Shown here piece after piece: positions 1 through 8,416 of a DNA stretch of 64,000 nucleotides (positions are counted from its first letter, which is position 1; every line of letters starts with the position of its first letter). The stretch is taken from NCBI GenBank assembly GCA_046706305.1, contig JBJKPQ010000039.1:12428-76427 (forward strand). The letters are read 5' to 3'. Below the pieces are notes generated by a model. That model ran no database searches, was not told where the DNA came from, and saw only the letters and a list, made by a program, of their open reading frames with translations. Source of the stretch: Bacteroidales bacterium. Lineage in GTDB: Bacteria; Bacteroidota; Bacteroidia; Bacteroidales; VadinHA17. Position numbers and translations under genes: made by a program.

Positions 1-1802
1 GACTCGACTTTATCATTCAGGATCAGATTGGCACCATTGCGGTAATCAATCTGGTTCTGCATATTCTTGTAATATAGCTCAACAGATGTTTCAAACATAT
101 TATTTGAAAAATTCCTGAAATATCCTAATGTATACTGATCGGCTATCTCCGGCAGAATATTCCTGTTACTCGGTACCCACAGATCGAAAGGTGTTGTTGA
201 AGTAGTATTTGACAACAGGTGGAGATACTGTCTTGTACGTGCATATGATATCTTCACGGAAGAGGAATCGTTTATTATATAATTTATTATAACCCTGGGT
301 TCCGGTCCGCTGAAAGTATTATATATCTTACCTGCAGGATAAGAAACTGAATCAACAATATCGGCAACATCATCGTAGGTATAGACTGTCCCCGGGCCAA
401 TTGAACTGAATATCGAATATCGCAGACCATAGGTTGCTTTTAAATGTTGAGATATTGTCTGCTCATTTGATACATACACTGCATTTTCAAGGGCATACAT
501 GTTATACATTGAACGTACATGGAAAAAAGATGTCGTGTCAACCCTGCTGGGAATGAAGGTGTGGTAGACAGAATTGACACCAAATTTAAGGGAATTAGCC
601 GGATTTATGTAGAAGCTGATGTCCTCCTTAATATTCCAGTCCTTTATTTCAGAAAGTACCCTCATAGTACTTGTCCCAACTTCGACATTAAAATTATAAC
701 TGTACCTGTTAAAGATCAGAGATGTGTTTGAAAAAAGCTTATCGCTTATCACATGGTTCCACCGTGTTGTTGCCGTCACGTTACCCCAGTCGAGACCCAG
801 GGAACCTCCAAGGTTAAAGTTGTCACGTCCCAGGTAGCAGGAAAAGAAAATCCGGTCTTTGGTACTTACCCGGTAATTTGCTTTAAGATTAAGGTCGTAA
901 AAATATAATGACGACCGGCTGGCTGTAGAATCAGGGCCGTTTGGTGAAAGAAGCTTCAGGAAGAGATCGGCATAAGTTCGTCGGGCCGATATCATAAAGG
1001 ATCCTTTATTCCTTACTATGGGCCCCTCCATTGCAAGACGGGATGAGATCAGTCCCAGTCCTCCTGAAAGATGGTATTCCCTGTCGTTCCCCTCGTTCAT
1101 CTTAATATCGACGACAGAAGATAGTCTGCCTCCATATTCAGCCGGGAAACCTCCTTTATACAGAGTAACATCCTTTATGGCATCGGAGTTGAAGGTCGAA
1201 AAAAAACCGAGGAGGTGTGAAGGGTTATATACCGGTGCCTCATCGAGAAGGATAAGATTCTGGTCTATACCGCCGCCCCTGACATAAAACCCTGAGTTAC
1301 CTTCACCTGCAGGTGTAACACCGGGCAGTAACTGTATTGTCTTGAGAATATCCTTTTCACCCAGTATTACCGGGATATTCTGTATCTCCTTAACAGTCAC
1401 CTTCGATACGATCTCCCCGGATACAACATTGTTGTTGTCTTTCTCTCCCGTCACGGTTATCTCGCCAAGTGAAACAGAACTCTGTTCAAGCTCAATATTC
1501 AGTTTCCTGTTACCTGTAAGGCTTACAGGTACAATCAGTGTCTTGTAACCCAGGTATCTTATCGTCATTTTATATTCTCCTTCCGGAAGAGTAAGGGAAA
1601 AGTACCCGTATGAATTTGAGGTTGTACCCTTTGATGGCATCTCTTGCGGGAATATAACGGCACCTGCCAGTGATTCACCGCTCTCCGCATCAAGGACAAA
1701 ACCACTCAGAGTGTATGATTTATCTGGCAGCATATCTGCGATAATCATATTACCTGTAAACAGCGATAGAAACAATATTATGGCAAGTGCCCTTATTTTC
1801 AT
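1..1802 (-). CDS. TonB-dependent outer-membrane receptor (CarboxypepD_reg + plug type), N-terminal 600 codons only; C-terminus lies beyond the window start
   Basis: Absent from the ORF track because it runs off the window. ATG at 1800-1802 (minus) opens a frame that stays open to position 3. Translation starts MKIRALAIILFLSLFTGNMIIA (signal peptide). It continues with YTLSGFVLDAESGESLAGAVIF (carboxypeptidase-regulatory-like domain). Plug-type motifs follow: NIPVILGEKDILKTIQLLPGV and GFYVRGGGIDQNLILLDEAPVYNPSHLLGFFSTFN. Confidence 0.85.
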   Translation of the reverse strand, partial: MKIRALAIILFLSLFTGNMIIADMLPDKSYTLSGFVLDAESGESLAGAVIFPQEMPSKGTTSNSYGYFSLTLPEGEYKMTIRYLGYKTLIVPVSLTGNRKLNIELEQSSVSLGEITVTGEKDNNNVVSGEIVSKVTVKEIQNIPVILGEKDILKTIQLLPGVTPAGEGNSGFYVRGGGIDQNLILLDEAPVYNPSHLLGFFSTFNSDAIKDVTLYKGGFPAEYGGRLSSVVDIKMNEGNDREYHLSGGLGLISSRLAMEGPIVRNKGSFMISARRTYADLFLKLLSPNGPDSTASRSSLYFYDLNLKANYRVSTKDRIFFSCYLGRDNFNLGGSLGLDWGNVTATTRWNHVISDKLFSNTSLIFNRYSYNFNVEVGTSTMRVLSEIKDWNIKEDISFYINPANSLKFGVNSVYHTFIPSRVDTTSFFHVRSMYNMYALENAVYVSNEQTISQHLKATYGLRYSIFSSIGPGTVYTYDDVADIVDSVSYPAGKIYNTFSGPEPRVIINYIINDSSSVKISYARTRQYLHLLSNTTSTTPFDLWVPSNRNILPEIADQYTLGYFRNFSNNMFETSVELYYKNMQNQIDYRNGANLILNDKVE

Positions 1803-1912
1803 TAATGAGGGATAAGATCCTTTGAGCAAATAAGCCGTCCGGATTGTAAAAACCTTTAAAAGTTAAAATAAGAAACCTGTTAAGACAAAGGCAGCAAGGT
1901 ACAAAAGGATTT

Positions 1913-3325
1913 TTAAATTGCCTTATTATCGATTATGGTCTTCATAATGAGAGGAAGATCAAATTTATAATGATGGTCTCCGGGTATTATGTTGATCCTC
2001 ACATCAGTCCCTTTCAGCAGTGAAGGGACCTTCGATTTCTCTCCCGCCCCGAAAATGAGAAGCGTTTTTGTTCCTTTCATCTTTCTTATTTCGTCAGGTA
2101 CATCATAAGTATTGTTCCTGTTTCCAAGTCCCAGCATATTGGTAATATGTATTTCAAAGTCGGAAGAGACATCCGGTGAAAGCAAAATAGTTGATATAAC
2201 CTTCGATTTAATACCGGGAGCAAGCCTGTTATAAATAAAAGGCACTATTTCGGCTCCCAGAGAATAACCGACAAGGATAAGTTTATCCCTCCCCCATGCA
2301 TTTAAATAATATTCAAGCTGGTTACCCATGTCCCTGGCAGTTTCTTCAGGTGTTCGCCTGTTCCAGAAATATTTTTTTGAATCGAGTCCGACTGTCGGAA
2401 TTCCGTGTAAAGCAAGGTTATCAGCAATCTGTTGTTCAAAACCATACCAGCCACCGTCTCCCGATATAAGAAGAGCAACAGGAGCCTGCGGATTCTGTAT
2501 TTTGGCATTAGTTATCACCACCGGCAGATCTCCGGGATTAGCCTCCGCATTTATTTCGTTATGCTCCTGCCTTGCTTTTTCCAGTATCCTGTTGTAAGCA
2601 TCTTTCCACTGCGGCATGAAATCGCTCCATCTGGTGAAGCCATGTCCGACTTTAGGCAGTGTTATGAGTTCAGCATCTGTAGTCTGGTTTACAAATTTCT
2701 CAACATCAGGGTACGGGCATACCTTATCGAGCTTCCCCTGGAGGATTATCCAGGGATTTCCCAGCCTGGCATCCGGCTCAAGAAGAAACGATTTACCTTC
2801 AGTAAGAGTTTTCTCATTCAGCCCGTTTATCCGGCATAACATCTTTGGCAATTCCATATCGGCACAAAAACCCAGCGATATCCCACCGGTAAAAGTCTCC
2901 GGCCGCGCCTGTGCCATAATGCCATATACAAGTGTTGCCCCGCTTGAATATCCCATCAGCACGGGCGGCTTATATCCGGGATAGTTATAGTGTTTCTCCA
3001 CCTCGGTGGCCAGCTGAACAAAATCTGCTGCAACATCATAGCATTCATCCTCCCTGCTCTTCAGCTCGTGATAATATCTGAGAATATCAACACCTATTAC
3101 AAGAGAATTCATATCGGCGAATGTATCTGCAAAAGCTGTCACACCGAATTTCCATCCTGCATCTCCCGAGATCATGATAATTATATTTTCAGGGACAGGG
3201 GTCTTTTTATAAATATACACCCTGCCAAAAGGCCTTACCAGCATCGAATCGGCAGGACCTGCCGGCATTGCTGCTGAAAAAAAGAGCATAAAAACAGCTG
3301 TAGCGACTATTAATCTTTTTGCCAT
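1913..3325 (-). CDS. AcvB/VirJ-family two-domain alpha/beta hydrolase (lysyl-phosphatidylglycerol hydrolase-like), secreted
   Basis: 470 aa with signal peptide MAKRLIVATAVFMLFFSAAMPA. Two tandem hydrolase halves each carry GxSxG (GYSSGA, GYSLGA). The C-terminal half, LLISGDGGWYGFEQQIADNLALHGIPTVGLDSKKYFW...LILVGYSLGAEIVPFIYNRL, resembles the VirJ/AcvB family signature. Confidence 0.7.
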   Translation of the reverse strand: MAKRLIVATAVFMLFFSAAMPAGPADSMLVRPFGRVYIYKKTPVPENIIIMISGDAGWKFGVTAFADTFADMNSLVIGVDILRYYHELKSREDECYDVAADFVQLATEVEKHYNYPGYKPPVLMGYSSGATLVYGIMAQARPETFTGGISLGFCADMELPKMLCRINGLNEKTLTEGKSFLLEPDARLGNPWIILQGKLDKVCPYPDVEKFVNQTTDAELITLPKVGHGFTRWSDFMPQWKDAYNRILEKARQEHNEINAEANPGDLPVVITNAKIQNPQAPVALLISGDGGWYGFEQQIADNLALHGIPTVGLDSKKYFWNRRTPEETARDMGNQLEYYLNAWGRDKLILVGYSLGAEIVPFIYNRLAPGIKSKVISTILLSPDVSSDFEIHITNMLGLGNRNNTYDVPDEIRKMKGTKTLLIFGAGEKSKVPSLLKGTDVRINIIPGDHHYKFDLPLIMKTIIDNKAI

Positions 3326-3413
3326 AAAAACCTTGATTTCAAAAACAATAATGATCTAAACGCAGTTTCGTTACCTATTGTTTTAATAAGCTGTAAATAT
3401 TTACGCCAGCCAG

Positions 3414-5828
3414 TCAATTAACTGTATTAAAGGAAAGGCTTGCCGTTTTAAGCCCCGGCGACGATGCACGTATTGTTACCTTTCCATCTTTCTTCCCCGA
3501 TCGCAGAATAACCAGGCAACGTCCATGCCAGGCCTTGCGTGAAGGGTCCTGGAAGCTCTCGAGACTTACGGGATTTGCATTTCCTGTACCTGCAATTGTT
3601 GCGGGTCCTTCAACCTCGAACATAACGGTATTTTCCGATTTAGGGTTCCTGTAACCATTACTGTCTAGAAGCTCCACGGTTACATAGCACAGGTCCTGCC
3701 CCCCTGCTTTGATTGTATCGCGGTCGGCAGATAGATGAATCACCACAGGTTGTGAAGCTGTATGAAGAACTGAAGTGCTGACTTTCCTTCTTTCCGAATA
3801 ACCTGTTACTTTAAGTTCGCCAGGCTGGTAGGGTACTTTCCAGGTGGCCCTGAACTCGGAGGCTCTGTTGGTTTTTATCCTCCCCAGTGATTTTCCGTTC
3901 AGAAACAATTCCGCCTCATCACAGGACGAATATGCGGTTACTTCTATTGTATCATCTTCGAATCCCTTCCAGTTCCAGTCTGCCACAACATCTTCCCAGT
4001 TCCATTTGCTCCAGTACATCTTATCCGGATTTGCAGGGAATGAAGGTACCGGGGGTTTTACAAAAAGAGAGAGCTGGTCCTTCTTCCACAGAACATCACG
4101 ATAATAAGACTGGGGCCGCTTCCATCCGCATATATCAATATCACCACAAAAAGCAAGGTTCCATGGAAAGAAGTCCTGCTTCTGCCAGTAACCCCTCCAG
4201 CCAATGGAGGCTTCCCCGATATAATCCACACCTGTCCAAACAAAATCGCCGGTAAGCCATTTATGATCCAGTACATCCATCCAGCTCCTGAAAGCTTCGA
4301 GAGGGTATGATTCTGTCTGTATCATTACCCTTTCCGGCACTCTGCCGTGGTCAGTGTCAAATATGTTACTCTTCATGTGATCACCTCCCGATCCGTAATT
4401 ATATCCGGCAACATCGAGTTCCGCAAAAAACGGATCCTTATCCGGTCCGAGCCCGTTCACAGCAGCAGTAACAGGTCTTGAAGGGTCTTCCGATCTGACA
4501 TAATCAGCAAGATCCTTTGCTGTCATTACTACTTCGGGTGTATTCATTCCCGGAATCTCATTTCCGATGCTCCAGAGTATAATTGAAGGATGATTAAAAT
4601 CTCTGTCTATCATGGATGATACATCCCGCTTCCCCCATTTACTGAAATAAAGATGATAATCATTTGCATTCTTACCGTCATTCCACATATCGAATGTCTC
4701 ATCAATAACCATTAGGCCCAGTCTGTCGCATGCATCCAGGAAGGCCGGTGCGGGAGGGTTATGAGAACAGCGTACAGCATTGAAACCAGATTCTTTTAAC
4801 AGGGCAGCGCGTCTTTCCTCGGCCCTGTTGAATGATTTTGAACCAAGAGGCCCGTTGTCATCATGAAAGCATCCCCCCCTGAGTTTAATTTCCTTCCCAT
4901 TGAGAAGGAAGCCTGTTGCTGAATCAAAATAGATTGTTCTGATTCCGAATATTGTTTTTATGCTGTCGGCAAGCCTGCCGGAAGAGTAGACTTTCGTAAC
5001 GGCAGCATACAGGTAAGGAGAACCGGGTGACCATAATTCAGGATTCTTAAGCGTTATATCATTATTAAATTCAACGTCACTATTGCCACCTGCAATTTTT
5101 TCACTTACAGCCTTCCCGGTTTCGAGCCCGTTATTATCAGTTATTTTTGTGACAACCCTGATCCAGGCCTCCGGGTCTGATTGATTCTGAATTTTTGTTT
5201 TCACATTTATTGTTGCTGCGCTGCCCGGAACAACAGTTGATGTGATGCGGACTCCCCATGGTTTTACATGTACAGGGTCGGTGATCCGAAGCCAGACATG
5301 GCGATAGATACCCGAACCTGAATACCAGCGGCTGTTCTCACCTTCGTTTCTGACCTTAACTGCAACAAGATTATTTTCATCAGCTTTTATTAGATCTGTT
5401 ATATCATACCCGAAGGAAGTATAACCGTATGGATGACTGCCGGCAGACACACCGTTAATCCATATTTCCGGATTCATATAGACACCATCAAACTGCAGAA
5501 AAACCCGTTTGCTTTTCATTGCGTACGGCAGGAAAAAAGACTTCCTGTACCAGCCGGTACCTCCTGTGGTAAACCCCCCGCTTACCTGGCTTATGGCATC
5601 TCTGTTAAAAGGGGAATCAGTACCGGGGAGGTTTTCAATACTCCAGTCGTGTGGCAGGTCCACTCTTCTCCAGCCGGAGTCATCAAAAGCCGGGGTTTCT
5701 GCACCCTGTGCTCCCCCCCTGTGAAAAAGCCAGTCATCGTCGAACAGGTTATTACCATTATGCAGTTGCTGTGCCTGCATCAATATTGTGGTTAATACTG
5801 CAACGATAAGAATCATGCACTTTTTCAT
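3414..5828 (-). CDS. Glycoside hydrolase family 2 (beta-galactosidase-like)
   Basis: 804 aa with signal peptide MKKCMILIVAVLTTILMQAQQ. GH2 N-terminal sugar-binding signature WLFHRGG...DDSGWRRVDLPHDWSIE. Acid/base region NHPSIILWSIGNEI. Ig-like C-terminal domains. Confidence 0.9.
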   Translation of the reverse strand: MKKCMILIVAVLTTILMQAQQLHNGNNLFDDDWLFHRGGAQGAETPAFDDSGWRRVDLPHDWSIENLPGTDSPFNRDAISQVSGGFTTGGTGWYRKSFFLPYAMKSKRVFLQFDGVYMNPEIWINGVSAGSHPYGYTSFGYDITDLIKADENNLVAVKVRNEGENSRWYSGSGIYRHVWLRITDPVHVKPWGVRITSTVVPGSAATINVKTKIQNQSDPEAWIRVVTKITDNNGLETGKAVSEKIAGGNSDVEFNNDITLKNPELWSPGSPYLYAAVTKVYSSGRLADSIKTIFGIRTIYFDSATGFLLNGKEIKLRGGCFHDDNGPLGSKSFNRAEERRAALLKESGFNAVRCSHNPPAPAFLDACDRLGLMVIDETFDMWNDGKNANDYHLYFSKWGKRDVSSMIDRDFNHPSIILWSIGNEIPGMNTPEVVMTAKDLADYVRSEDPSRPVTAAVNGLGPDKDPFFAELDVAGYNYGSGGDHMKSNIFDTDHGRVPERVMIQTESYPLEAFRSWMDVLDHKWLTGDFVWTGVDYIGEASIGWRGYWQKQDFFPWNLAFCGDIDICGWKRPQSYYRDVLWKKDQLSLFVKPPVPSFPANPDKMYWSKWNWEDVVADWNWKGFEDDTIEVTAYSSCDEAELFLNGKSLGRIKTNRASEFRATWKVPYQPGELKVTGYSERRKVSTSVLHTASQPVVIHLSADRDTIKAGGQDLCYVTVELLDSNGYRNPKSENTVMFEVEGPATIAGTGNANPVSLESFQDPSRKAWHGRCLVILRSGKKDGKVTIRASSPGLKTASLSFNTVN

Positions 5829-5852
5829 ATAAAAAATATTGTTATCATTTCA

Positions 5853-7535
5853 TTACATAAGCTTTTTATACCTTATCCTTGAGGGGGTATTATCGGCACC
5901 TCTCTTTTTAAGGTTCTCTTCATAATCTGAATAGTTACCTTCGAACCACACAACCTTTGAATCGCCTTCAAATGCAAGGATATGTGTCGTCACCCTGTCG
6001 AGGAACCATCTGTCGTGCGATATTATTACAGCACATCCTGCAAAGTTTTCAAGTCCTTCTTCCAGGGCTCTCAGGGTATTCACATCAATATCGTTGGTTG
6101 GTTCATCGAGTAAAAGGACATTGGCTCCAGATTTGAGAGTAAGGGCAAGATGCAACCTGTTCCTTTCACCTCCCGACAGGATTCCGCATTTCTTTTCCTG
6201 ATCAGCCCCTGTGAAGTTAAACCTTGCAACATAAGCCCGGGCGTTTACCATCCTGTTTCCTACCATAATGTCGTCCTGGCCACCAGAGATAACTTCATAA
6301 ACAGATTTCTCAGGGTCGATTGCTTCATGAGCCTGGTCAACATAACCAAGGCTGACTGTTTGTCCTATATTGAATGAGCCTTTGGTTGCCTCCTCCTGTT
6401 TCATTATCATCCTGAAGAGTGTAGTCTTACCCGCGCCGTTTGGCCCTATAATTCCAACAATACCATTAGGCGGCAGACTGAATTCAAGATCTTCAAACAG
6501 GATCCTGTCGCCGAATACCTTGGTGACAGAAAGGGCTTCAATGACTTTATCACCAAGACGCGGACCATTGGGGATGAAAATCTCCAGTTTCTCTTCTTTC
6601 TGTTTCACATCCTGATTAAGAAGGTTTTCATAGGCACCGAGTCTTGCTTTGGATTTTGCGTGACGTGCTTTGGGAGACATCCTTACCCATTCAAGTTCGC
6701 GTTCCAGTATCTTTCTTCTTTTGATATTACCTTTTTCCTCGATCTCAAGTCTCCTGGCCTTTTGTTCGAGCCATGATGAATAATTACCCTTCCAGGGTAT
6801 TCCTTCTCCCCTGTCCAGTTCAAGTATCCATCCTGCCACATTATCCAGAAAATATCTATCGTGGGTAATACAGATTACGGTACCATGATATTGCCTGAGT
6901 GTAGTCTCGAGCCATTGCACAGATTCAGCATCCAGATGGTTTGTCGGTTCATCGAGCAGCAGCACATCAGGCTGCTTCAGTAAAAGCCTGCACAGAGCTA
7001 CTCTTCTCCTCTCGCCTCCTGAAAGCACACTTACATGTGTTTCTCCTTCCGGGCAGCGAAGCGCCTCCATTGCCCTTTCAAGCTTATGCTCCACGTTCCA
7101 GCCATCGAGATAATCGATTTTCTCCTGCAGCTCTGCCTGTCTGTCCATAAGCTTCTGCATCCTGTCGGGATTCTCATATACATCCGGATCACCGAAACTA
7201 TTATTTATCTCTTCATATTCTTTAATGATATCAATTGTCTCCTTCATCCCTTCCCTGACAATCTCCATCACGGTGCGGTCCTCGCGCAGCAGAGGATCCT
7301 GGGGCAGATGTCCCACTGTGTATCCCGGAAGAAAAGTCACATCTCCCTGGTACTCCTTTTCTATGCCTGCTATAATTTTAAGCAGGGTTGATTTTCCCGA
7401 TCCGTTAAGACCTATTATACCGATCTTGGCTCCCAGGAAGAAGGATAAAGATATATCCTTCAGAACCTGCCTGTGGGGTGGAAAAGTTTTTCCGACCCTG
7501 TTCATTGAAAAAATAATCTTATTATCTTCTGCCAT
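5853..7535 (-). CDS. ettA: ABC-F ATPase, energy-dependent translational throttle protein EttA
   Basis: 560 aa. N-terminus IIFSMNRVGKTFPPHRQVLKDISLSFFLGAKIGIIGLNGSGKSTLLKIIAG is collinear with E. coli EttA. Two Walker A motifs (GLNGSGKS, GPNGAGKT) and two LSGGE signatures. No TM segments. Confidence 0.93.
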   Translation of the reverse strand: MAEDNKIIFSMNRVGKTFPPHRQVLKDISLSFFLGAKIGIIGLNGSGKSTLLKIIAGIEKEYQGDVTFLPGYTVGHLPQDPLLREDRTVMEIVREGMKETIDIIKEYEEINNSFGDPDVYENPDRMQKLMDRQAELQEKIDYLDGWNVEHKLERAMEALRCPEGETHVSVLSGGERRRVALCRLLLKQPDVLLLDEPTNHLDAESVQWLETTLRQYHGTVICITHDRYFLDNVAGWILELDRGEGIPWKGNYSSWLEQKARRLEIEEKGNIKRRKILERELEWVRMSPKARHAKSKARLGAYENLLNQDVKQKEEKLEIFIPNGPRLGDKVIEALSVTKVFGDRILFEDLEFSLPPNGIVGIIGPNGAGKTTLFRMIMKQEEATKGSFNIGQTVSLGYVDQAHEAIDPEKSVYEVISGGQDDIMVGNRMVNARAYVARFNFTGADQEKKCGILSGGERNRLHLALTLKSGANVLLLDEPTNDIDVNTLRALEEGLENFAGCAVIISHDRWFLDRVTTHILAFEGDSKVVWFEGNYSDYEENLKKRGADNTPSRIRYKKLM

Positions 7536-7558
7536 ATTTATGCAATTTAGTCATACAG

Positions 7559-7566
7559 CAAATTTA
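7559..7566 (-). promoter_or_regulatory. Candidate Bacteroidota -7 promoter box (TAAATTTG) for ettA
   Basis: Minus-strand TAAATTTG matches TAnnTTTG. It ends 24 nt upstream of the ettA ATG and sits immediately downstream of the terminator at 7571-7608. Confidence 0.4.
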
Positions 7567-7570
7567 AATC

Positions 7571-7608
7571 AAAAAATTGTGGGGGTGCTACATGTAACAC
7601 CCCCACAA
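7571..7608 (-). terminator. Rho-independent terminator of the 7639..8016 gene
   Basis: Perfect 11-bp GC-rich stem TTGTGGGGGTG / CACCCCCACAA (7577-7587 / 7598-7608) around a 10-nt loop. On the minus strand it is followed by TTTTTTGATTT. Confidence 0.75.
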
Positions 7609-7638
7609 GTAAAATAACAAAAATTATATTTAAAAGAA

Positions 7639-8016
7639 TCAGTCTTTGCGGAACAGCTTCACCGTTTCATCCTGCATCAGTACCCATAATGAATATACAC
7701 CTTTCAGCGTACCAATCGGAATATTAAGGCAACCAAGAGCAGCAACCACTATAACAAGATACCTGGCCCACGGAGCATAAGAAAACAGACCGATACCTCC
7801 TACGAGACCAAGAGTTGAGAGGAAGCCAATAAGAAGAGGTATTGACACTGATAAGAATCTGAGAACCATCTCTCCTGTGTCATCACCAACAACCTGTCCC
7901 CTTGCAAAATTAAGCGCAAAAAACACTGCAAGTGCTGCTATAAGTCCCAGGAAGCCGAAACCTATATGTATGGCTCCGACCACTGTAACATGCTTTTTCA
8001 TTTTAGAATCTTCCAT
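7639..8016 (-). CDS. Small integral membrane protein (3-4 TM), function unknown
   Basis: 125 aa, dominated by hydrophobic helices (VVGAIHIGFGFLGLIAALAVFFALNF, SIPLLIGFLSTLGLVGGIGLF, LVIVVAALGCLNIPIG). Followed by a strong terminator. Confidence 0.55.
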   Translation of the reverse strand: MEDSKMKKHVTVVGAIHIGFGFLGLIAALAVFFALNFARGQVVGDDTGEMVLRFLSVSIPLLIGFLSTLGLVGGIGLFSYAPWARYLVIVVAALGCLNIPIGTLKGVYSLWVLMQDETVKLFRKD

Positions 8017-8159
8017 GACGATTATTTTTTTTGCAATTTATAAATATTTTCATTCCTGATACAAAGACTTGCAGATTTATAAATTGCTGCATGATTTGTA
8101 ACAATATTGAAACATGTCATCCTTTTATTGCAAAACATGATCTTTAACCATAGAATTAG

Positions 8160-8167
8160 TATATTTG
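8160..8167 (+). promoter_or_regulatory. Candidate -7 promoter box (TATATTTG) for the small lipoprotein gene
   Basis: TATATTTG matches TAnnTTTG. It overlaps the TTG/ATG starts proposed by the ORF track (8165/8168), which argues for the downstream ATG at 8177 or 8186. Confidence 0.4.
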
Positions 8168-8185
8168 ATGAATAAAATGCAGGAT

Positions 8186-8416
8186 ATGAAAAGGAAATTC
8201 TTATATGTAGTTGGTTTTTTGTTTCTTGTAGGTGCATTCAACTCCTGCGAGAGTATCAAGAATTGCAAGATATGCCAGCAAAACACCTATGATTCATCGG
8301 GAGACCTGTTAACCGAGGGTACTGAAACGGAATATTGCGATGCTGCTCTTGTCAGAATTGAGGCCACTCCTGATGTCACTGTTCTAGGTGTTACAACAAG
8401 GTGGGTGTGCAGATAG
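8186..8416 (+). CDS. Small cysteine-rich lipoprotein, function unknown
   Basis: From ATG 8186 the sequence reads MKRKFLYVVGFLFLVGAFNSC, a classic lipoprotein signal with lipobox Cys. The mature ~56-aa part has 4 further Cys (CKIC, YCD, WVC). The ORF track extends to 8165 (TTG), but that start lies inside the -7 box. Confidence 0.55.
   Translation: MKRKFLYVVGFLFLVGAFNSCESIKNCKICQQNTYDSSGDLLTEGTETEYCDAALVRIEATPDVTVLGVTTRWVCR

Noticed and set aside
8022-8237. 71-aa minus-strand ORF in the divergent promoter region between 7639..8016 and the lipoprotein gene.
   Set aside because: It is AT-rich promoter DNA containing a -7 box for the opposite strand. It has no motifs and overlaps the lipoprotein start.
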